A DNA stretch of 48,891 bases, counting the filler, from Basidiobolus ranarum (Eukaryota): NCBI GenBank assembly GCA_040143965.1. It is 2 parts of 2 records of this genome, joined end to end, with 100 filler letters (N's around TTAATTAATTAA, not from the genome) between each part and the next. Parts side by side here need not be neighbours in the genome. Positions count along the whole stretch, not along the records: positions 1 to 24,425 come from JASJQH010007029.1; 1 more part is not named here. One strand, written 5' to 3'. The position numbers and the translations under genes were made by a program. Shown piece after piece: positions 1 to 11,935 of this stretch. A model generated the notes under the pieces. It was not told the origin of the DNA and ran no database searches. It saw nothing but the letters and a program-made list of their open reading frames with translations. The number at the start of each line of letters is the position of its first letter. Within the stretch, counting starts at the first letter, position 1.

Positions 1-203
1 TCTAAGTTTAGACTGAAGAAACCCCAACGTAATTAATAAAATAAGAAAGGCAAGTCCATAAGTTACGTCAATCTTTGCTAATGCACGTGTTTTCATTATC
101 AGCCCATATATTACGAAAGTTATTATATCAAAAATGAATTAGTTTACAAGAATGAGTGAGGCAATGGCAGGTGGCTAATAGATAAACGGGATGGTTGGTA
201 GCA

Positions 204-1028
204 TTAGGGTTGGGGTTCTTTGCTAAATGATTGAACTTTAACTCCTGATTCGGTGGATGGATTTGTGAGGGTGGAGGATGCATTCCCATGGGTAGAATTG
301 CTGATTACTGATTGACGATATAGCCTAAGATCAGCTACCGACTTTTTGTAGGCATTCATGCGACGACGTCTACGTAGATAAATGAATAGAAGACAACTAG
401 CGATCACGACAACACAACCGACGACAATAAGGATGTAACCCCATGTTGGGAAATGATTGTATTCTACTTCATTTTGGCAGATATTACTCTTACAGTTCCC
501 AGAGTGACATTGCCGATCTTCGGAGCAAGGCTCATCGTTTTCAAGAGCACTCACGCATACACCGTTGTTTGTGGAACAAAATAAACCGGTTAAACAGTTA
601 TCACGGTTATTCAAATAGGCGCTAATACTGTCAATGATACACTGTTGTCCAAGTGGTACATTTTTGGCAACGCATCGCTGATTCAAGCACGTACCATTCT
701 CCCCCTCGCACGATTCGTCTCGGTTGATACTACAGATATCTCCCAACTTGGTTTTCGGCAAGCATTTGAGTAGGCTATCAGGACAATATTCGGTAGAGTT
801 ACAAATGGGTGGTTGCGGAAGATTACTTGGCCAGTCGAATATCGGTTCGTCAATGCGGCAACCCAGTAAAACACATTTGTTAGTAGAATCATCGCAGGCC
901 AATGTTTCGTTTTGACAAGGGCCTTTTTTGCTAAGCGAGTCAGTAGGTTCGCATGAATCCCCAGCAAGGTAAGCTAATGCTGTGGAGATGCACAGTGCCA
1001 AGTAGACAAATATTAGATGATTCTTCAT
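204..1028 (-). CDS. Cysteine-rich type I membrane protein (signal peptide, Cys-rich ectodomain, single TM, short cytoplasmic tail)
   Basis: 274-aa single-exon ORF. Hydrophobic N-terminus MKNHLIFVYLALCISTALA, dense Cys repeats (e.g. CSEDRQCHSGNCKSNIC), TM WGYILIVVGCVVVIASCLLFIYL, then stop-transfer RRRRR. Confidence 0.85.
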   Translation of the reverse strand: MKNHLIFVYLALCISTALAYLAGDSCEPTDSLSKKGPCQNETLACDDSTNKCVLLGCRIDEPIFDWPSNLPQPPICNSTEYCPDSLLKCLPKTKLGDICSINRDESCEGENGTCLNQRCVAKNVPLGQQCIIDSISAYLNNRDNCLTGLFCSTNNGVCVSALENDEPCSEDRQCHSGNCKSNICQNEVEYNHFPTWGYILIVVGCVVVIASCLLFIYLRRRRRMNAYKKSVADLRLYRQSVISNSTHGNASSTLTNPSTESGVKVQSFSKEPQP

Positions 1029-1866
1029 GGTAAATAAATTATTGAAGAGAAGGAAAGACGGTGTGGCTTTCTTTTTTGAAACCAGCTTATATATTCAACT
1101 TCAACCTTATCTATACTTACAACGTGACATCATATTTGGCTTAAATCATATTACATCCATAAGAATCTTCCAAGATTGAGTTTTTTTTCTAAGATTGGAC
1201 ACTGTTGAGTTTTGTAGTCAGCAAAGGAATCTATTAATAAAGCCACCTAGGCCCTCAGATATAACAACAAGCCAGTGACACTAGGGTTATTTATTTTAGC
1301 CTCAACCAAATATGTGACGAAGTGATTATAGTGTAGAGCTGGTGAAATCGGAACAAAATGGCTGACTGACTTATAAACTTCTTTTCGATCCGTCTCGATC
1401 CTACTCGTCAATCAAACAATGAGTGTTTCTTAATAATAAAGAATGAAATCAGCACCAATGAGATCAGGTATCATTATCTCACATTGATTATGGGGAACCT
1501 ACTGTAGATCTACCAACTTGACTGAAGAATTCAATAATCCAATAGTTAGTCAATTGTGCGGTTTTGATGAAGTGCTGGAAAGAATTCATTTCAAACAAGA
1601 AGAGATCCACAACAATGGACAATTGGTAATTTTTAAGGAAGTTAAACGCGTGCATAAATGAAGTTTGAAGTGGAATATTTTCGTTGCAAACTTTCTCCAA
1701 CCCATAAATATCTTGCTGCCCCGGTTTCCCAAGTGTTCACTTGATTAGAGCTAGATTTTAGATTTCATACGTAGACCACTTGGACTTCCCCTTTGAACTA
1801 CCTCTCACTTTCGTATCTTCTTTTTTGCAAGAGTTGACTGCTTTGGAAGAAGTATCATTCTAACAC

Positions 1867-3096
1867 ATGTTGCGCTCCAGTGTTAAATTGGCCCCGGCAA
1901 TCTCAGCAGTGACCGTGGGTGGTTTTGAGAAAAGGGGGGACAGAAAGTATTGGTTCACTGTTCACGTGATCCCTGCAGATTTCGATAATGATATGGCGGA
2001 TTCTGGAAGTAGAATCAAGAGACCATATGTTATATACCGAACACAAGAGGATTTCTCCGAACTTTCCATCCGTCTTGGCCAAGCTTTCTCTGAAGTGGAC
2101 CATGAGTTTCCAACCATACAATTCCGTAAGCGAAACTTCTTACTGATCTCACCTTCACCCCAAAAGGTTCGAGATCGCCTAGATTTATTTGTGAAGAAAC
2201 TGTTCCAAAATCCGATTATGGTTTTGACTTCCCCTGTGGTTCTTGAATTCTTTGGGTTATGGGATAGTGATATTAAGCACATGAGAAGGCAATTTGGGAC
2301 CGGCTATCCTGACTTTGAAGTGGAGGACGAGAATGACTCACGATTCGACTCGGCAATCGATATTTCGTGTGGCGATAGCTCCAAATCTGACTCAAGTCGT
2401 GATGGCTTTAGCCCTAGACATAGTACCATATCGGTTATCAAACCGATCCTTAGACGCGCAAGAAGTGCAATGTTAGGCGACAATGAGGATCGTGGAGTTT
2501 GGTCAAAAGTTGAGTCACCCAATGATGATGAGTTGGGTACTGTTATTACCAAACCTGGCATCGTAGCCCCATGGAATTTACGCTATATGGACCCAGTCTT
2601 GGTCCAAACCATTCTGCCTCCAATGGGGACATTCTCCTGTACCTCCTCTCCTACGCCAACTCCAGCATCACCTGTCCTACTTTCTCCCTCAGCAACCCTT
2701 GGTCGTTCTGGAACAATTGGCCGTGGGCAACGCACACTAGGTCCACGTACCTTACGTAAGGCAACATCAACTAACTCTCTATCAGCCGCAGCGGCAGCAG
2801 AAGATCCAGACTTTGAGTCCTCGACATTTGTTAAAGTAAAAGCCATCCTCAATGATGATACCATCGTCATTCTCCGTGTTCATAGAGGCATCAGTTACGA
2901 CGATCTATATGACAAGATACTACTTAAATTCCGTCTGTGTGGTCAGCAGTCCAATCATATAATTGGAAAATCCCTTGTATATCGACTTACTGAGAATCGA
3001 GCGTTCTTTGTTTCCAGTGAAGAAGAATTGCAAAGCGCTTTGATGCATGAGTTCGATAAGATCACCTTCTATCTGGTTGCTCCTAGTAAGCAATAG
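1867..3096 (+). CDS. PX domain + C-terminal PB1 domain protein (Bem1/p40phox-like architecture without SH3)
   Basis: 409-aa ORF. N-terminus fits PX (YWFTVHV...YVIYRTQEDFSEL...LDLFVKKL...SPVVLEFF). C-terminus fits PB1 (VKVKAILNDDTIVILRV..ISYDDLYDKILLKF...SSEEELQSAL). Confidence 0.75.
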   Translation: MLRSSVKLAPAISAVTVGGFEKRGDRKYWFTVHVIPADFDNDMADSGSRIKRPYVIYRTQEDFSELSIRLGQAFSEVDHEFPTIQFRKRNFLLISPSPQKVRDRLDLFVKKLFQNPIMVLTSPVVLEFFGLWDSDIKHMRRQFGTGYPDFEVEDENDSRFDSAIDISCGDSSKSDSSRDGFSPRHSTISVIKPILRRARSAMLGDNEDRGVWSKVESPNDDELGTVITKPGIVAPWNLRYMDPVLVQTILPPMGTFSCTSSPTPTPASPVLLSPSATLGRSGTIGRGQRTLGPRTLRKATSTNSLSAAAAAEDPDFESSTFVKVKAILNDDTIVILRVHRGISYDDLYDKILLKFRLCGQQSNHIIGKSLVYRLTENRAFFVSSEEELQSALMHEFDKITFYLVAPSKQ

Positions 3097-3320
3097 TCTC
3101 AACTTGCACTGTACCATCCAAAAGTAGTATTGTCATATCAAGGACTCTGGGCATACCATATATTTACATGGGTTTATTCCATAAACTAGACTTAATAAAC
3201 ATATCAATCATGGGAGTAAGGCGCTTTTTATTGGTTAAATAAGCTTGACTATTTCAAACCCGCAGTTGTGTTGGGTATGGTATACACAGGGTATCCGTTG
3301 CAAGGAATAGTCATTTTCTT

Positions 3321-4721
3321 TTAAGAGCGATTAGGCTCGGGAAGGATCTTGTTCTCCGGATGGGATGCGTACTCAGTCCATGCACCATCATAAAGTGCCA
3401 ACTTTTTAGCACCAGCAATCTCTAATGCCAAGTAGATTACCGCAGCGCTGACTCCACTTCCTATGATAGAATCGAGAGTGTTTGTTGGTGCGAGCTTGTT
3501 GATTTCATAGAGATTCAGAATAAATACCACAAGAAGTAACAATATTTCGATTGACATCGACGCCGTTATCCTTAAAGAGTTTGACCAACTCTTGTGGAGA
3601 CTTCATTACTTTAGTGTCTTGATGAACCACATCGGCGAATGGGATACTAAGAGAATGTGGAATATGTCCACTAGGAAGGCCTGCACGTGGCTCGGGGTCC
3701 ACTCCACTGAATCTAATCAGAGTTGTCAAGTTTGATTTATGATTTGTATATTAAGTTACAAAAACTGACCTCCCCTTCGGGCGAGCATCGATTACTAGCT
3801 CGCCATCAGGTCCATCCGCCTTCTTGATATTTTGGATGATTTGATCCATGCTACGAACCAACTGAGGTTGGAATTTGGCATTGTAAAGTTTGGGCTAATT
3901 TCCGCTTATTGAATAAACTTATACAACAAACATGGAATAAGTGCACATAAATCAGATTACCTTAGTGGCGGCTTGTCCTCCCTCCACTGGTCGTTCTTCT
4001 TGAAGCCATTTAGGTAAACCACCATCCAAAACAGCAACCCTTTCATGTCCAAAAACCTTGTAATAGCTACGCATTAATAAAACCATTCTACAGTAGTAAT
4101 CAAGTTCCACATACCTTAAATGTCCAGTAAACTCTAGGCGCAGAGAATATTCCATTGGTGTCATAAACAATAACCTTATCGTTTTCCGAAATCCCTAGCT
4201 CACCTAAATATTTTCAATAAGAATAAGGAAAAGAGGGGAAAGAAAAGGATATTTTTGGGAATTAAATACATACCAACAGATTGAGCAAAAACCTCAGAAC
4301 TTGGTAACATATGAGGAAGTTTGCTGGAGGTGTCACTAATTCCATCAATATCAAAAAAGCGAGCACCCTAATGACAAGTTTACCATTAATATTACTTTCA
4401 TATATCTGTGGGAAGGGAGAACAATAACCTTTATGTGCGAATTCAGATATTCCTGTTTAGGATTGCGCTTGGTTTGAGGCATATGCCAGGAACCATCGAG
4501 GACAATCACCTCGTCTTTATTGTCAGCCAACCACTGTGTAGATACAAGCTTCATATCTTCAAATTCACTTAGTTTAGAAAAATCAGCACTCAAGTTTAAA
4601 AATACTCACCCAGTTTTGGTGTGGTAGAATAGGCTTTATGCAGCGATGGTACTAAAATGGAGCGTGCGGCAAATAAAATCGGCCTAGAGCTTTGAATGCC
4701 ACTGAATAAGATGGAAGTCAT
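3321..4721 (-). CDS. TUM1: Thiosulfate/3-mercaptopyruvate sulfurtransferase (tandem rhodanese), 8 exons, N-terminal mitochondrial-type presequence
   Basis: Spliced pieces give LVSTQWL...LDGSWHMP, FGHERVAVLDGGLPKW, EPRAGLPSGHIP, catalytic loop TSCGSGVSA and YDGAWTEY. Seven GT-AG introns keep the frame. ATG at 4721 (MTSILFSGIQSSRPILFAARS). Confidence 0.92.
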
Positions 4722-5050
4722 TTGTAGATCAAAGATTCAATGAACTAGGACTTTTAATGAATGTCGAAGGTATATATGCGCATATATAAGCCAGCAACTA
4801 CCAATCGGTTTACATGATTAGTACAATAGATAAGTGGTTAATCATGATTTGATTTGGTGAGTGTGTATCATGATTTTGTGTTAAATTGTATTGTACGAAA
4901 TATTATCTACGATTAGCACGAAAGTAGCGAAGTTGTTCATTACGTATAAAATCACGGGAATGGAGAATTCCGGTTGAACTAATGGTAATAATCCGTGGGA
5001 TGATTTTGAAATGTTATATACCATGATTGCTCTTCTTGACTTTATCAATA

Positions 5051-5932
5051 ATGCGATATTTACGCGGCTTAGTACATGAAAACCTTAGAAACACTTTCAA
5101 TAAAGCCCTTTGGTCACCGAAATATGTAAGACCGGAAACTATTCACGCATGCTTGAAGCCATATTCCACCAATGTAAACGCCCCGGATTCATGGCCGATC
5201 GACCCAGCGATGTTAGAGTTTAATGCGACAAATCTAGACAAGATACAACAGCGTCTGGAAACTCGTCTTTCGACCAGACCACCATTTACCTTTAAATATG
5301 ATACGAGCAAAACCCTTGCTGAAGCCGCTGTCTTGGTTCCTTTTTGTATCGTTGATGGTAAGCCCAGTATCCTATTTACTGTAAGGAGTAGCAATATGAA
5401 TTCACACAAGGGGGAAGTCAGGTACTTACTTTTATATATTGCTACATTCAATTTGTTATATATAAGCACTTTGTCGAACACGAATACCTCTTGAACATGC
5501 ATTAATTCTGTGTTGGTAACTAGTTTCCCCGGAGGTAAAAAAGATCCAGAGGATAAGTCATTACTTGCTACAGCACTTAGGGAAACGCATGAAGAAGTAT
5601 ACATTCCCTCAGAGGACATTCAGACACTTGGTCAGCACGCTACTCTACCAAACCGCACACTAACTATGAAAGTGTACCCTTTTGTTGGGTTTATAAAGAA
5701 GCCGATAGTACCTCAGGATGTCAAATACAATCCTCATGAGGTCTCAGGAGTTTTTACATTAACCTTGGAACAGCTCTTGGACCCCAAACGGAGATCACTT
5801 AAAAAATTCCGAGGAATGTCGTATTCCATTCCTGTATTCAAAGGGCCTGAAGAACTTGGTGTAGACGTATGGGGACTCACTGCTTTTATTTTAGAGGGTG
5901 TTCTGAAAACGTCCTTTCAACGTATCGACTAA
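5051..5932 (+). CDS. Nudix hydrolase, CoA pyrophosphatase type (NUDT8/PCD1-like), 2 exons
   Basis: Intron 5422-5523 (GT..AG) joins LFTVRSSNMNSHKGEVS to FPGGKKD..ALRETHEE (NuCoA + Nudix box). C-terminal VWGLTAFIL. Confidence 0.9.
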
Positions 5933-6225
5933 TTGTAGTATAATATTATTATCTCAATAAAAGCAAAGTGCGTCTAAACCCATTCATCACATCGCTATGC
6001 AAACAAAAATAGAATTCCTAATCGTGCAATAGATATTTTTATTGATTTCGTGACAATCGAAACGGGTGGCTTCGAATCAATGACCAAGAATGATTATTAC
6101 TAGTAAACTCAACAAAAACTTCCCCATATTGTATCCCATGTACTGCGCCAACGCATAAAATTTTTTGACATATTTGTTTTTGAATACTATCGAACTCACC
6201 TTGGTCTCATTCAATTATTGTCATT

Positions 6226-7450
6226 ATGCAAGCCTTCCGTTCATTACTCCCTCGTGCTCAAAGAGCTTTTGTCGCTACCGTTCCTAGAGCTGTTCCTCGC
6301 TCTGTAGTTAGACCTTCTTTATTGACCGGAGTCAGAGCCTTCTCTTCTTTCCCTGTTCCCCAGCAAGTCAAAGTTCAGGTATGAACATAACACAAATATA
6401 CTACTTTCAACCAATATTTTCTTACCTGCTACCTGTGTAGAAAGCCGCTCCTTCTTGGAGAGCCCAAGCTGTTGTCGATGGCCAATTCAAGGAGCTTAAG
6501 TTGGAGGACTACAACGGCAAATTCTTAGTTATGGTTTTCTATGTAAGTTTTTACTTTATATTAGAGTTGAGTAAGAAATATCGTGTTTACTAATTTATCT
6601 CACTTTAAGCCTATGGATTTTACTTTTGTCTGTCCCACGGAACTTTTGGCTTTCAGGTAAGTGATAAAGTAGTGATATTGACACGACAACTCAAACTAAC
6701 TGTGTATCATAGTGATCGCATTAAAGAATTCCAAGATCTTGGTGTTGACGTAGTAGGAGTCTCCACTGATAGTGAATTCTCTCACCTTGCTTGGTGGTAT
6801 GAATGCATTCATATATACTATCGATTATATCGGAGTTTTATTAATAGTGAAATTATTTTCAAGCAATCTTCCTAGAACCAAGGGCGGTTTAGGCGATATC
6901 AAGTAAGCTCCATCAAACTATCAACCCAATATATTATTACTTAGATTTCTTTGGCTTATTTAGGATTCCTTTGAGTAAGTTCAACTTTACCTCTGATTGA
7001 TTTTATCATGGTCCAAATTACTCATATTTCTTGTCAGTTGCCGATATTACCAAGAAGATCTCTGCTGATTACAACGTTTTGATTGAAGACAAAGGAATCG
7101 CACTTCGGTTGGTATATACTACAAATATTGATGAGAAGAGCTACATGAATTAACTAGAGATATTTTACCAGCGGTCTCTTCATCATTGACCCTAAGGGTG
7201 CTGTTAGAGTTATGCAAGTCAATGACCTTCCAATTGGTCGTAGCGTTGACGAGACATTGCGTCTTGTTGAGGCCATTCAATTTACAGATACTCACGGTGA
7301 AGGTAGGAACCATCCATCTGTTTAAATACTCTATTCATTGAATAACCAACTTGAATTTCCTTAGTATGCCCCGCTAACTGGAAGAAGGGATCACCTACTA
7401 TCAAAGCTGACCCTAAGAATTCCATAGAATACTTTGAGAAAGTGAACTAG
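6226..7450 (+). CDS. Typical 2-Cys peroxiredoxin (AhpC/TSA family) with mitochondrial-type presequence, 9 exons
   Basis: Splicing 8 short GT-AG introns gives [49 protein letters not shown] and HGEVCPANW. Arg-rich leader [15 protein letters not shown]. Stop TAG at 7448-7450. Confidence 0.93.
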
Positions 7451-7677
7451 ATGTACCGTTCGCTTACGTGAATTGATGAGTTTCAATAAAATTCTGAAAT
7501 ATCTATTCCCACACAATTTTATACAATCGCTACACTAATATTGTATCTGCTATATTTCATAAATATCCAACGGTCTTTAGAATGAATGAATAGTCATTTT
7601 ATTCGTTATCTTAGAACTATAGAAAATTTCATTAACAAATATTCTAATAGTCATGTCGCGTTAACGCGGCAAAGTGC

Positions 7678-8004
7678 TTAGTCGAAAAGACCGAAGCCCA
7701 TATCATCATCAGACTCTTCCTTGGCTTCCTCCTTAGCTTCCTCAGCAGGAGCATCAGAGGAGGCAGCAGCTCCACCAGCAGAGGCTGGGGCAGCGGCACC
7801 ACCGGAAGGTACGGAAGCAAGCTTGCTCTTTCCTTCGGCGATAAGTTCCTCAACATTCTTGCCTTCCAATTCGGAAATCAACTTGTTAAGGCACTCAGAG
7901 TCAGCCTCAATACCAACGGAAGAGAGAAGTTTCTCGACATCAGAGGCAGAGGGAGATTCGTTACCACCGAGGGTAAGGAGAAGGTAAGCAGCAATATAAC
8001 GCAT
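7678..8004 (-). CDS. RPP2: 60S acidic ribosomal protein P2
   Basis: [10 protein letters not shown] start, Ala/Gly hinge and C-terminal [13 protein letters not shown] signature. Confidence 0.97.
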   Translation of the reverse strand: MRYIAAYLLLTLGGNESPSASDVEKLLSSVGIEADSECLNKLISELEGKNVEELIAEGKSKLASVPSGGAAAPASAGGAAASSDAPAEEAKEEAKEESDDDMGFGLFD

Positions 8005-8012
8005 AGTAGATA

Positions 8013-8107
8013 CTATAAATACACAACCGTTAGTTATCTATTAGATCGAAAATTGCATCCATCTGGTGGAGATTGAAAACACTAGACAATATGATAATAA
8101 AACTAAC
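8013..8107 (-). other. 5'-UTR intron of RPP2
   Basis: Minus strand reads AAG|GTTAGT ... ACTAAC ... TTTATAG| and ends 8 nt before the ATG. Confidence 0.7.
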
Positions 8108-9536
8108 CTTGGAGATGGGTTCGTGTGTCGTAAAGTGATTTAACTCGTCAGGCGAGGTACAATACGCTCGGCACGGTAAGAAGAAGAGGAAGGAACAATG
8201 ACTCCACCTGAATCTGCTTTTTGTAATTGCTCGTCAATGGTAGATTTACTTTTCAGAACCCGGGTAAAATTGGATTTAGTATCAAGGCTAGCATATCCAA
8301 GGGAATTCTTGTGCAAGTATGATTTGTAGCTGATTTGTTGCTAGCTTATCAGTATCATAAGTGTCAGCTTGAATAATTATGAATAGATTTAGAACATGTC
8401 AACTAACCTCCAAAATACTCTAGAATACTTTGTAATCAATCGCTCGATGAAACGAATATTCTGGAATAGGCAATAGAAACAATGTTGTCAGCTAACTCAT
8501 CAATAGCGTCATTGGTTGTTTCATAATCAAGCATCCATGACTGTACTTGTCCAATTGAAACGATCGTTGAAGGGTGACCCGGTGAGAATGTGCGGCTAGT
8601 GGCTAGTTGCTGGTCCCCTTTGCACTTCTACAACCATACAGCGCAGTACATGGAGCAGTTATTATCGACAACTTATTTATTTATGAAAGCGGGTTCCTTA
8701 ACTAACCCTCCTGAATGATGATTGTCAGCTCCACAGAAAACTAAGCCACCGAACTCTAAACTTCAGTACTAAAATGGCGATGTATATATCTAGATTTATA
8801 TGTACTTAATACTACCAACCACTCACGGTGTTGAGAATGCATACAGTCAATTAATAGCCTAATCCTTTATAATACTAGATGTTAACCTGAACTATTTCCA
8901 TCCTCTCCTTTATATTCAATTGTTACTGAGCATCTCAAAATCAATAAGTTAGCCTCATTCACAATTACACCCGCACCCGCACCCACATCGGCACCTCTAG
9001 AAGACAAAGGAATGGCGCAACATACTTCCAGAAGCGAAAAGGTTTTTTAATAAATGTCAAATATATATCGGAAAATGAGAAATATGTACCGTACAGCACA
9101 GATCAGCTTAACATGAACAGATCATGATACATTTGTGATCATGTAAAATTTTAGAATAGACGCTCAAACACCTGCATAGATTGATTGAATGCTTCTGAAG
9201 AATATCGAGTTTTAATTAATGTGGAAACATAAAAAGTAAGAGAGGAATTGAAACACTCTATTGCCTTCTGTTTCTTCTTTTATTTTCTTACTTTATGCAT
9301 CATCAGAGACAAAATATGGTGGTGGAGAAGCGCTCAAATGCGCTGGGATCCGTTTTCACACTTTTTAATTTGTTTCTAAAATTCGTTGATTTCCAGCATA
9401 TAAGTAGAGGCCACCCTTGAAGTAACCTTCATCAAGTGACTTTCACACTCGTGTCCATTCTGCTTGTTTCTTCCTTCTAATACAAGCCTCATTCTCTCAC
9501 TGACTATCCCTTCCGATAAAGTCACATCACAAAAAA

Positions 9537-10496
9537 ATGTTCTGCTACAATATAGGGTCTTTATTCTCTCTTTTCTCTCAGCCCCAGAAAAAACTTCCAG
9601 CTGAAAGCTCGATCAGCCCTTTCTATTTCAATTCCGAGCTAAAGAAATGGCTGCCTTTGCATCGTGATCAAGTCGATGCACTTCCTCCAACATCGGGTGG
9701 TAATAACTTCGACGATGATGTAGCATTTGGCACTTGGAGACTGTGCTGTTATAATGTCTCTAGTGAAAAAAATCCACACTCTGAACGTCGTATCAATGAG
9801 CTTCTTCGACTTTTATTACGGGAAAATGCCGATGTGATCTGCCTTCAAGAAGTGACATCAGAATTTGTCGAACAAATCAAACAAGAGCTCTGGGTTCAAC
9901 AAAGTTATATGCTGTCCGATATCGAGTCTCAGTATATTCACCCGCAAGGGGTGTTAATGCTCTCACGTCTTCCACTTCATCCCTTCTACGAGACCTACCT
10001 ACCCTCTAAACAACAAAGAAAAATGCTCTACGCAGATATCTATATTAATGAACAATCGGTGGTGCGAATTGCCACATCTCACTTGGATAGCTCCAAAGAG
10101 AATGTAAATATTAGGCAACAGCAATTGGAATCTATGAAAACAGTACTGCTACCACAGTCAGAGAAAGATAAATTCATGACATCTGTTGTTTGCGGAGATT
10201 TTAACTTCACCGAACCCAACGAAGATGCTGTTCTAAAAAATGCGCATTTTATCGATGCCTGGGAGCATAAAAATTCAAACAATAAGACGGGTGCTGGATA
10301 CACCTTGGGTATAAACTATCCTACGTCTAACCCCACAAGAAACGATCGCGTGTATATTTGCAACCACGACAAAGAAATCCATTGGGAGGCAGTCAGGGTT
10401 AAGTTGATAGGCGACAAGCCTATTCCTGATAGCAACGTATTCCCATCAAGTCACTTGGGGCTTAGCCTCATCTTTACTGCCACTTGGCCAAACTGA
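9537..10496 (+). CDS. Endonuclease/exonuclease/phosphatase (EEP) family protein, TDP2-like
   Basis: Motifs CYNV, DVICLQEV, ATSHLDS, CGDFN, FIDAWE, RNDRVY and FPSSHLGL in a 319-aa single-exon ORF. Confidence 0.88.
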   Translation: MFCYNIGSLFSLFSQPQKKLPAESSISPFYFNSELKKWLPLHRDQVDALPPTSGGNNFDDDVAFGTWRLCCYNVSSEKNPHSERRINELLRLLLRENADVICLQEVTSEFVEQIKQELWVQQSYMLSDIESQYIHPQGVLMLSRLPLHPFYETYLPSKQQRKMLYADIYINEQSVVRIATSHLDSSKENVNIRQQQLESMKTVLLPQSEKDKFMTSVVCGDFNFTEPNEDAVLKNAHFIDAWEHKNSNNKTGAGYTLGINYPTSNPTRNDRVYICNHDKEIHWEAVRVKLIGDKPIPDSNVFPSSHLGLSLIFTATWPN

Positions 10497-10973
10497 ACTA
10501 AGCACCGCACATGTTTACGGACAAATGAAAAACCAACCCTCCCTCACAATTCGAAAGTCCATCGAACCATCAAAATTATGTTCATCACATCGTAGCTACA
10601 CATTTGTAATATTTCCGCACTTCCCTCATGCTAATTATTTCTGAAACGACAGATAGTATTTTGTACCATTTTGCAGTGCCACTTCACGCCATACCTTGCT
10701 TCTCTCACTCCTATCCGTTGCCCTTAAAATCCCTTGACACTCCTCCGCTATTTCCAAAGCTATTCATTATATATGATATCGTTCTCAACCAATAAAATCA
10801 TATGTGGCTTATATGCAGTCTCCTATAGTCTATTCCCGAATAGAAATAGTGGCAAGTATATCGGAATCAGATTCTAAAATATTCTGTTTTTATTTATTCT
10901 GGATTTTTTGTAAGTGAAGCAAAAGGGGATGTATTGGAAAAAATACAGGGATTAAATGACAAGACTCGCATTA

Positions 10974-11643
10974 TTATTGTTTATTCTTCTTGAGATAAGC
11001 TTGGCATTTCTTACGAAGTTGAGACGCTGTCTGTTGGTTGACGTTGAGTTTACGATCACGGAACATACCATCATAATCATCCCCATGTTTATCGATAAGT
11101 TCTTGGATCCAGCGTACCTCACCTTGAGATTGGTGACGTTCAATCTTTAATCCGTTAGCAGCTTGCTCTTCCAAGGCTAATAAAAATCAAACTTAATCAC
11201 TGTCCAAAAATTGACCTATATACTTGTTACTTACCTCTAACAACATCGGTTTTGGCTGGAACGGAGGGAAACTCCTCATCAGAATCAAACTCATTTGGAT
11301 CTTTACCAACGATGATGTTGATAACATTGCCTTCTTCATCTCTCTCGATCAAACCTTGACCAGGACCTAAGTGACGACTAATTTCTTCGGGAGATAACTT
11401 GTCAAGATCAACTTCTGAGGCCTCTTCCTCTTCTTCGTTGTATTCTAAACCACCAGTGGCCTTATTTAAAGTAGTCATTAAACCCAAACGTTGATAGTTT
11501 TGGCGTAAAGTTGCTTTACGATCCCAGTTCTCCGAAATGATTTTATTGTTCACTAAAGGAGCACGTTTGAAGTGTTTGTTCTGAGTTTTACGGGTTAATT
11601 TGCTTCCACTAGCTTGGGTCTTTCTCTTACGTGGGCGAGCCAT
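10974..11643 (-). CDS. NOP16: Ribosome biogenesis protein Nop16, 2 exons
   Basis: NWDRKATLRQNYQRLGL and LIDKHGDDYDGMFRDRKLNVNQQTASQL motifs. Intron 11177-11234 (GTAAGT..TAG). Confidence 0.92.
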
Positions 11644-11703
11644 TGTGAATAGGAACTGTACAGTGTTGAAACAAGAGAAATCTAATTGATATTAAAGAAT
11701 AGG

Positions 11704-11800
11704 GAAATTTTTTTCTTTTCTTCATTGATTTTTCGAATTTCTTATATCATGGCTAAACGAAGGAAAAAAAAGATTCCAATTTCATTCAAAAAAAAATTTC
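11704..11800. promoter_or_regulatory. RRPE-like (AAAWTTTT) elements in the short divergent promoter between NOP16 and the SNAPC5-like gene
   Basis: GAAATTTTTTT at ~11704 and AAAAAATTTC at ~11791, upstream of a ribosome-biogenesis gene. AT-rich context makes chance matches possible. Confidence 0.35.
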
Positions 11801-11935
11801 GATACCTCTAAAAATTCAAAGTCACAATCGTCTTAGTTTCTTGTTTATCTTATCTATCATTTCTCGTTTAATTGTCAACAAATATCTTGAACTAGTTACT
11901 CATTTTCATTTCCTCTTGAACCATACCACTCTGTG

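Noticed and set aside
7721-7987. Antisense and alternative-frame ORFs over real genes (also 5143-5619, 39013-39546, 42494-42916 and others)
   Set aside because: Shadows of biased codon use in well-supported CDSs, with no independent motifs.
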